DNA from: a virus
Lineage: Duplodnaviria; Caudoviricetes
Reading direction: 5' to 3' (one strand)
Virus record (IMG/VR): IMGVR_UViG_3300001525_000609
Span: 18,623-82,622 of that record
DNA: 64,000 bases
Position numbers and translations under genes: made by a program. Position 1 is the first letter of the stretch. Every line of letters begins with the position of its first letter. Positions 57,422 through 64,000 of the stretch are shown piece by piece. A model generated the notes under the pieces. The model was not told the DNA's origin and did no database searches. It saw nothing but the letters and a program-made list of their open reading frames with translations.

Positions 57422-58990
57422 ATGTCTAAAGACATTGAATATTTTGTCAATGTGAACCTCAAGGGCAACGAGCTCAAGAGCGCCCGCATTGAGAATGTTA
57501 CAGCTCTGCCTGAAGGCAAGACAGGACTTGTAGTCTACCTCACAACGACTGTGGACTCCAATGAGCCTGGGTACTACTACTACAGCGGCACATCGTGGGC
57601 CAAGGTCTCCGATAAGACTGTCACCGATGCGCTGGCTGCTAGAGTGAAAACGGTGGAGGATGCTATCGGAGAGGGCGGAGAAGGCCTCGGATCCAGAGTA
57701 TCTGCGCTTGAAACCACTGTCGGAGACAGCACGTCGGGGCTTGTCAAAAGTGTTGCAGACAATGCAGGCTCTATTGCCACCAACGCTGCTGCGATCGCGG
57801 ACGTGAAGAAGACTGCCGACTCGAACACAACGAGCATCGGAACGATCAACGAGACCATCGGGGCCGATGCAACTGCAGGCACCGTCAAAGGCCGCATCAC
57901 CGCTCTCGAAACCACCGTCAACGATGCATCCACAGGGCTTGTCAAGAAAGTCGCCGACAACACGACTGCTATCGCGGCGGTCAAAGCTACAGCGGACGCT
58001 GCTGCTGTCAAAACTGAGACTGAAGCTGCGCTGGCTACGAAAGTCGACAAGGTCAGCGGCAAGGGGCTGTCCACCGAGGATTTCACTTCCGATTTCAAGA
58101 CCAAGCTGGAGGGCATCGAGACCGGTGCGCAGGTCAACAAGGTCACTGATGTGACTGTGGGCGGGGTCTCTATCCTCGATGGAACCATCGCTAAGCTCGT
58201 CCTGGACGAGTATGCTAAGAAATCCGACCTCACGACTTTCATGAGGCCCATGGGATCCGTCGCCACCATCAACGACCTGCCTTCCGATGCATCTGTCGGA
58301 GATGTGTACAATGTCCAATCTGCGTTCACCAACAGCGTCGATGGAAAAGTATACCCTGCTGGAACCAATGTCTGCCGTGTCAGGAAAGCTGATGGGACTC
58401 TTGTATGGGACCCCCTCGGAGGACAGTTCGACTTCTCGCAATATTATACTAAGACCGAGGTCGATACTGCGCTGGGCAAGAAGCAAGACAGTCTGTCTGA
58501 TGCTCAGCTCGCCGCCGTCAACTCCGGTATCACGACCGCCAAGGTCTCGACCTATGACGGATATGCGGCTCTGATCACCGCTGCCCAGACTGCTGCCGAT
58601 GCTGCGCAGGACACTGCCGATAAAAAAGTGGATGCTCTGTCGTCCAAGCCCACTGCCGGAACCTTCACCAAGGTCACTATCAGTGCAGAGGGCCTGGTCA
58701 CAGGCGGTACGACTCTCGATGCAGACGATATACCGAGCATCGTTCATACCAAGGTATCCGACTTCGATGCAGCAGTTGTCAGCGCCGGGAAGGTCGTCAA
58801 GACTGTCGAGATGGCAGTTGCAGAGGACTGGACTGCAATCCCTGACCTGACTCTCACAGGATATCCCACGTCCATCACCGTCTTTAATGGATCTGGTGAG
58901 CAGATATTCGTCGCTACCAAATACAGCGGTGGAAAAGTCTACTATCAGACTAATGTAGCAGTCACCACGACTGTTGTCATCGGACTCTGA
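57422..58990 (+). CDS. Tail fibre protein (coiled coil plus KVDK..GKGLS module)
   Basis: KVDKVSGKGLSTEDFT, GAQVNK, VGDVYNV and WDPLGG. Confidence 0.8.
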   Translation: MSKDIEYFVNVNLKGNELKSARIENVTALPEGKTGLVVYLTTTVDSNEPGYYYYSGTSWAKVSDKTVTDALAARVKTVEDAIGEGGEGLGSRVSALETTVGDSTSGLVKSVADNAGSIATNAAAIADVKKTADSNTTSIGTINETIGADATAGTVKGRITALETTVNDASTGLVKKVADNTTAIAAVKATADAAAVKTETEAALATKVDKVSGKGLSTEDFTSDFKTKLEGIETGAQVNKVTDVTVGGVSILDGTIAKLVLDEYAKKSDLTTFMRPMGSVATINDLPSDASVGDVYNVQSAFTNSVDGKVYPAGTNVCRVRKADGTLVWDPLGGQFDFSQYYTKTEVDTALGKKQDSLSDAQLAAVNSGITTAKVSTYDGYAALITAAQTAADAAQDTADKKVDALSSKPTAGTFTKVTISAEGLVTGGTTLDADDIPSIVHTKVSDFDAAVVSAGKVVKTVEMAVAEDWTAIPDLTLTGYPTSITVFNGSGEQIFVATKYSGGKVYYQTNVAVTTTVVIGL

Positions 58991-58991
58991 T

Positions 58992-59025
58992 AAAAACAAG
59001 GGGCGAAAGCCCCTTCTTAAATTGT
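58992..59025. terminator. Terminator between convergent fibre genes
   Basis: AAGGGGC-gaaa-GCCCCTT. Confidence 0.7.
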
Positions 59026-60003
59026 TTACTGTTTCTCAATTCCTACAACCGTTGCGATGGTTGTCGGATCGTTGGTCTTAGACCAGATGTACACCTTCCC
59101 ATCATCGGATTCGGCAATAGGCGCGTAGTTCCCCGATGCAGAATCGGTGCAGGTGAAACATACTGCAGGCACATGGTTGGCTGTCATCCCATCCACAGTT
59201 AGAGTGCCCTTGTAGGCGTATCCAGTGTATGTAGTGTCGCTGACCCACACAGGGGCTAAGGTGGTTGCGATAACGGCTTTGTTCTGCTTCCCAGAGATAT
59301 CTACGACTACGCCGAGTTCGTCCCAGCTGGATGCGCCAGGGGTTTTTGCGACTGTGCAGAGATAATTCATTCCGCTCTTGTCGGTGACATTGTATACATC
59401 TCCGACCTCTGCAGTCGTAAGGGCGATCATCTCCGCATAGGTTATGTTGCCCTTGAGCTTATACAGCCCTACTATGTCGCTCTTAAGTGCGAATCTGCCC
59501 AGGTCTGCGTCTGCGATAGTGAGATAGGCACTGAGGTCGATGTTCACCGCCTTGCCTACGATGATGATCGTCTCGCCATTGAGCTTCACGACTTCAAGGA
59601 CATTGGCCTGTGCGCCTTCGGCAATGCCTGCGAGCTTCTCTTTCTCGGCATCTGTATAGTCATTCGCAGACAGGGATTTCCCCTCGATCTTCTCGACTTT
59701 GGTATTCAATGCGTTGGTAGTTGCAGCGTTAGTGAGAGGGTTCGTGCTGGTAGTGCTGAGTTCAGTGTCAACCGCGATATCCGAACCGATTTTGATTTCG
59801 GTCCAATCTGAGCCATTGGATTTGTAGAAATGTCCATAAACATATGTCCCCGCAGTTTCGCCTGTGTACAGGACGATCTTCCCTGCATTCTGCTCGGATG
59901 CATCAGGCATCGTGTCCATAGACCCGAGCATAAGGCCCTGAGCCGACGATTCGATGCTTCCTCTGACAGAGATATCTGAAAGATGTGTGTAGCTATCTGC
60001 CAT
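59026..60003 (-). CDS. Tail fibre-like paralogue on the opposite strand
   Basis: KVEKIEGKSLSANDYT, GAQANV, VGDVYNV and WDELG. Confidence 0.75.
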   Translation of the reverse strand: MADSYTHLSDISVRGSIESSAQGLMLGSMDTMPDASEQNAGKIVLYTGETAGTYVYGHFYKSNGSDWTEIKIGSDIAVDTELSTTSTNPLTNAATTNALNTKVEKIEGKSLSANDYTDAEKEKLAGIAEGAQANVLEVVKLNGETIIIVGKAVNIDLSAYLTIADADLGRFALKSDIVGLYKLKGNITYAEMIALTTAEVGDVYNVTDKSGMNYLCTVAKTPGASSWDELGVVVDISGKQNKAVIATTLAPVWVSDTTYTGYAYKGTLTVDGMTANHVPAVCFTCTDSASGNYAPIAESDDGKVYIWSKTNDPTTIATVVGIEKQ

Positions 60004-60051
60004 GATTCAGCATATCTTCTCAGGCTTATAAATGAATATTCACACTTCACA

Positions 60052-60396
60052 TCATCTGAAAGCAGGTGTGAGGAGCCAGCCTATGCAGAGATGCGGCTTG
60101 GTGAAGTATATCTTGAATATACAATTCTTGAATCTTTCAGGCGAAGGTGAGAATTTCGGACCCCAATTCTTACAACAGAAATACAGCTCGTGCCAGAGGA
60201 TGCATTTTGTAATGAACTTATGCTCGGCGAATCTTGAAGATACACCTACCCCCATCCACGGCTGGATATGGTTGCGCGCATTGTAACGTGCTTCGCCAGG
60301 GTGCTTCCCCAGATCGTCTGCATACCCGAGAAAATGAATCTTGTTGATGCCGTATTCTGCGCACCATGTATCTATCAAATCTTGCTCCCAGCCCAT
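60052..60396 (-). CDS. SprT-like protein with incomplete HExxH
   Basis: GEARY...ILWHELYF; the second His is absent. Confidence 0.45.
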   Translation of the reverse strand: MGWEQDLIDTWCAEYGINKIHFLGYADDLGKHPGEARYNARNHIQPWMGVGVSSRFAEHKFITKCILWHELYFCCKNWGPKFSPSPERFKNCIFKIYFTKPHLCIGWLLTPAFR

Positions 60397-60503
60397 GATC
60401 GTGTATAGTTGAATGGATATTTAAGCGAAATCTTAAGTATGCATCCGGCATAATGGGCATAGGTTCTGAAATCACCTAACCTTCGAGCAGGGGTAATCTT
60501 CCG

Positions 60504-60914
60504 TCATCCCTGCTCGTCCTTCTTCTTCTCGTGAGCCTTGACGTACTCCCTGTTCACCGCCGCCCTGTATGCGTCATAAGCTTCCTTGTAGCGAGGGTCT
60601 TTCATGCAGAGCTCCTGCAGGATAGTGGATTGCGTAGATTCCATATGCTTACGAGCTTCCACGACCACATGGTTCTTTGCTACAGCGGCTTCCATCGTGG
60701 AGAACACTGCTTCGTCCACAACGGGTGCGGACTTCTCGATGCTGTCCAGCCTCTTCTTCAGCTCGTCCAGCTCCCTCAGCTTCTCCATCATATCGGGCAG
60801 GTACACGCCCTGCTTCTGTAGGTCGCTGAAGGCGGAGTAATTAGCCACTTCTTGAGCAGGCGTGAGCTTGGATTGCGGCTTGGAGTTCAATGCTCCCAGG
60901 ATGTTCTCGTACAT
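60504..60914 (-). CDS. Coiled-coil protein, companion of the CCC protein
   Basis: Helical; ELCMKDPRYKEAYDAY. Confidence 0.6.
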   Translation of the reverse strand: MYENILGALNSKPQSKLTPAQEVANYSAFSDLQKQGVYLPDMMEKLRELDELKKRLDSIEKSAPVVDEAVFSTMEAAVAKNHVVVEARKHMESTQSTILQELCMKDPRYKEAYDAYRAAVNREYVKAHEKKKDEQG

Positions 60915-60984
60915 CGTAATCACCTTGATAGGGGAAAAGGTTTAGGGGTCCAGGAGGATGTAATCGTCCCAGACCGTTGGTTGC

Positions 60985-61764
60985 TCAACTGAGGGTGCCT
61001 GTACCGGAAAACGTGGACGTCCCGGCAGTGCCGGATACAGATATGGTATCCTTGTTGGCTATTGCGGCGAGGATGGCGTTGGTGTTCGCCGTGTCCCTCT
61101 GCTGAGACAGAAGGTCCCTGAGCTGTTGTATCTCGCGCTGGTCCTCGCGGAGCTGGATGGCGTTGAACCCTGCCGTCATCTGGTTCTGCAACTCGCAGTG
61201 CTGAGCCTGCATCATCGCAGTCTGTGCGGCGAACTGGCTGGCCATGTTGTAGTTGTGGGCAGAGAGCTGAGACGAGAGCGCGTTCCCCGTCCTCTCGATG
61301 TTCAGATTGGTCTGGCAACAGCATTCGCCCACCTTGTTCTGGATCGAACAGCAACAGCTCTGGATGGCCGACTTGAAGTCGCCGTTATTGACGGCGAGCT
61401 GCTTGTCTATGCCTGCCAGCGCTGCGGACACCGCATTGCTGTTCACATTGAGGCTCTGGGCGAGCTGGCTGATAGCCATCTCCTGCCTCGTGCCGTTGGT
61501 GCTGACCGCGTCAAGGAGCCTGCTGTAGTTGGCCTCGTTCACAACGGTCCTGTCCACGCCGTCTATGTTGTTGTCTCTGTTCCCCCAGAAGCCGTTCCCG
61601 CCTATGCCGAGCAGGAACAGGAACAGGAGGATTATCCAGCTTCCGCCGTCCTCTCCCCATCCGCCGTTCCTCGACCTGTCGTTGAGCATCGCAACCACGC
61701 CGGGGTCGATGCCCTTGTTGGCGAGCATTCCCATGAGGGCTCCCGAATCAAAACCTTCCGTCAT
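60985..61764 (-). CDS. Gut-phage membrane/coiled-coil protein with CCC motifs
   Basis: GGWG..WIILLFLF..GGNGFWG, SCCC and ECCCQT; AGGAGG SD. Confidence 0.7.
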   Translation of the reverse strand: MTEGFDSGALMGMLANKGIDPGVVAMLNDRSRNGGWGEDGGSWIILLFLFLLGIGGNGFWGNRDNNIDGVDRTVVNEANYSRLLDAVSTNGTRQEMAISQLAQSLNVNSNAVSAALAGIDKQLAVNNGDFKSAIQSCCCSIQNKVGECCCQTNLNIERTGNALSSQLSAHNYNMASQFAAQTAMMQAQHCELQNQMTAGFNAIQLREDQREIQQLRDLLSQQRDTANTNAILAAIANKDTISVSGTAGTSTFSGTGTLS

Positions 61765-62007
61765 ATTTCTATCCTCCTTCATTTCTTTAAGATCGGCTTC
61801 GATATTGCACAAAGCCTGTTTCGTGTCTCTGATATGTTCGCTCATACCAGACACTTCATCGCTGTTGAGTTCTTCCGCCACATCACCTCCCTGGGAAAAT
61901 CCCATTCAGATCTATCGTTTTGAGGGAGTTTAAAGAAATTTATGATTTTCTTTAAGTAGATCTACTCGATTCAATGATAGAAATCATTTGAATAATTGAA
62001 CAACTAT

Positions 62008-62235
62008 TCAAATGAAACGATCCTCTAGATCATCCCTGTCTGTCTCTGCTCTTTTCCCGCGCCTAGGGCGCCCTGCTGAACGGGGTGAGCACATGATCCG
62101 CGCATCATTCTGTTCGCATGCGCTTTCATGTTTTCTTCTCGCAATCTCATTGAAGTTGCGCAAGCTCATGAAACAGAATGGACAATACGGCCCCTTATCA
62201 GGGTCTTTCAGCGGAAGGTGTGACTTGTGAGCCAT
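62008..62235 (-). CDS. C2HC Zn-finger plus AT-hook-like protein
   Basis: CPFC...RRKHESAC and GRPRRGKR. Confidence 0.55.
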   Translation of the reverse strand: MAHKSHLPLKDPDKGPYCPFCFMSLRNFNEIARRKHESACEQNDARIMCSPRSAGRPRRGKRAETDRDDLEDRFI

Positions 62236-62365
62236 AACTACCGCGAAGTATCATGAGGTGCAGGACTTAAAAGCTTTATCTACAAAGTAGGATGCCACAT
62301 CCTGAAATTCGATGCACGATTGTGCATTTCAACAATCTTATAAACAATCACGCTCATGAACGGGC

Positions 62366-64000
62366 ATGAAAGGCACAACCAATGCTGCTGTTTTCAACCC
62401 CGAGGCGTTCGTCGATGCGACGTATGCCGACGATAAACTGACTCTGACTAAGGCGGGAGGAGGAACGAAAGATATTACGATACAGGGCGGCACCAAAGCC
62501 AAGCTGAAAGTGTCGTACTCGGGCATCTCCGACCTGTCTGGTATCGAATCCACCATCACGCCCACAGGCTCCACAGGCACTGTGGCGACGATGACCACAG
62601 GCTCGGATGGAGAGGTCATCTTCAGCGTCGAAGCCGCCGCGACGTATAAGATAACGTCCGTCAAGGACGGCGTGGGATTCGATTCCGAGCCGACCGTCAC
62701 CTGCAACGACCTCGTCACCACTGCGCCGACCATAGGGTGCTATGTGCCCGGCGTCGTCACCGTCCCCGTCACCGATGCCAAATCGTCCGCGACCAGGACC
62801 GTCACCGCGTCCTGCGACGGGTTCGATTCGAGGACCGCAAGCGTCGTGCCGGGCAGCTCTGCGACGTTCTCGCTCCCTGCGGGCGATTGGACGTTCTCTG
62901 TCGATTATCCCGACGGCGCATCGGGCGGAGAGTCCAAGACTATCACGGTCGAGAACAACGGCTCATACGAGGTTTCTCTGGCGGTCATCTACAACCTCGT
63001 GTACGGTGCTGCCATCTCGATCTCCACAGCGGACCCTGCGACCAGGGTGACTTATCCTGCTACCCTCTTCGGGAACATCACCAACAATGCATACGGGTTT
63101 ACACCCTGCACCAACAACAGCAACACCTTCCTCATCAACAGTTGGGCAGGATGCAAGCTCATCAGCGAGATAAGAAGGCAGTTCTGCGAGGGCTCCAAGA
63201 GCGCGGGGTGGAATTGGACCGACGTGACAGACAAGAGGGCCGCGACCGCAGGCAGTTCTTCCAAAGAGGTATACACCTACTTCCCGACCTGGTACTTCAA
63301 GATGAACCTGGAGGGGACCGACTCTCTGGAGTTCGCGTTCTCCATGGAGAAGCTCGACGGGTTCTACGATCTCGCAGGCTCTGTCGGTTCGGACCGCAAA
63401 GGCCACTTCAGGCTCGGCAACTTCTGCTCGCCCTCGTCCTCTGCCGTGCTGTCATACGGCGGAACGAAATCCGCGGCCATCACACTGACCAACGCCATCT
63501 CATATACTCAGACCAACAAGGGCGGCGGATGGGATATCATGACCTGGTATCAGTGGACATATATCGCGGCGCTCATGACGCTGATGTTCAAGACCACGAA
63601 CCTCCAGGCGGCGCTCGGCAACGGCATCTCCAGCGGGTCGCAGGGCGCTCAGACCGCGTTGACCTACACCAACGACTACGGCATGTACGGCGACACTTCG
63701 GGCACGACCACGCAGGTGGCGTTCTTCTGGCTCCAGAACATCTATGGCGATTTATACCAGTGGTGCGGCGGAGCGAAGACCGATTCCAACAGAAGGCTGA
63801 TGACCTGCACTGGATACTCCTCTACGGAGGACAGCGCGTTCGATAAGACACAGCTCTCGCCGAGCCTGTCCAGCAACATCAGCGGAGCGATAAAGACCGT
63901 CGTCGGAACGACCGATGCAGGGTTCTTCCCCGCGGATTGCACCGGAGCGTACACCACGTATTTCGCCGACTATGGCTATGTCTATGCCTCGTATTTCCCG
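62366..64000 (+). CDS. Receptor-binding protein with C-lectin/FGE-like fold (DGR-target type); truncated by the window edge
   Basis: Hand translation is open for 545 codons: MKGTTNAAVF..., Ig-like region, YFPTWY, MTWYQW, FFWLQNIYGDLYQW, YFADYGYVYASYFP. Confidence 0.75.
   Translation, partial: MKGTTNAAVFNPEAFVDATYADDKLTLTKAGGGTKDITIQGGTKAKLKVSYSGISDLSGIESTITPTGSTGTVATMTTGSDGEVIFSVEAAATYKITSVKDGVGFDSEPTVTCNDLVTTAPTIGCYVPGVVTVPVTDAKSSATRTVTASCDGFDSRTASVVPGSSATFSLPAGDWTFSVDYPDGASGGESKTITVENNGSYEVSLAVIYNLVYGAAISISTADPATRVTYPATLFGNITNNAYGFTPCTNNSNTFLINSWAGCKLISEIRRQFCEGSKSAGWNWTDVTDKRAATAGSSSKEVYTYFPTWYFKMNLEGTDSLEFAFSMEKLDGFYDLAGSVGSDRKGHFRLGNFCSPSSSAVLSYGGTKSAAITLTNAISYTQTNKGGGWDIMTWYQWTYIAALMTLMFKTTNLQAALGNGISSGSQGAQTALTYTNDYGMYGDTSGTTTQVAFFWLQNIYGDLYQWCGGAKTDSNRRLMTCTGYSSTEDSAFDKTQLSPSLSSNISGAIKTVVGTTDAGFFPADCTGAYTTYFADYGYVYASYFP

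Noticed and set aside
57362-58999. 545-aa minus-strand ORF
   Set aside because: Antisense mirror of the tail fibre gene.
62236-62365. DGR template repeat upstream of the target gene
   Set aside because: No similarity to the gene's 3' end found here or elsewhere in the window by eye.
62737-63846. 369-aa Arg-rich ORF from the supplied track
   Set aside because: Wrong frame; the real gene is the 62366 frame, which runs off the window.

Overview
This window is a 64-kb internal segment of a tailed dsDNA virus (Caudoviricetes) with an archaeal host. Support for an archaeal host: a PCNA gene, a tRNA-Gln with an A1-U72 pair, TATA-type promoters and Zn-ribbon proteins. Near-absence of TAG stops and adhesin-like domains point to a gut Methanomassiliicoccales host (inference). 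Layout: (1) 3' end of the major capsid gene; (2) a 27-kb minus-strand block of small early/middle genes, including dUTPase, ThyX, a CoaD-like nucleotidyltransferase, AbrB-type regulators, an expanded set of Tad2/DUF2829-like domains, a C5-methyltransferase homologue lacking its catalytic Cys, and a MoxR-type AAA+/vWA pair; (3) a ~1-kb hairpin-dense non-coding strand-switch region; (4) a plus-strand block with PCNA, a 1575-aa repeat protein, a beta-helix protein, ParB-MTase, VirE-type ATPase, SNF2 helicase, ERF/YqaJ recombination genes, VRR-NUC, then neck, tail and fibre genes, ending in a DGR-type C-lectin-fold receptor-binding gene cut by the window edge. Two diverged copies of an ATTACA-iteron, origin-like element lie 17.7 kb apart. 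No integrase, terminase, portal, DNA polymerase, reverse transcriptase or CRISPR array was seen. All family assignments come from motif recognition by eye, without database searches.
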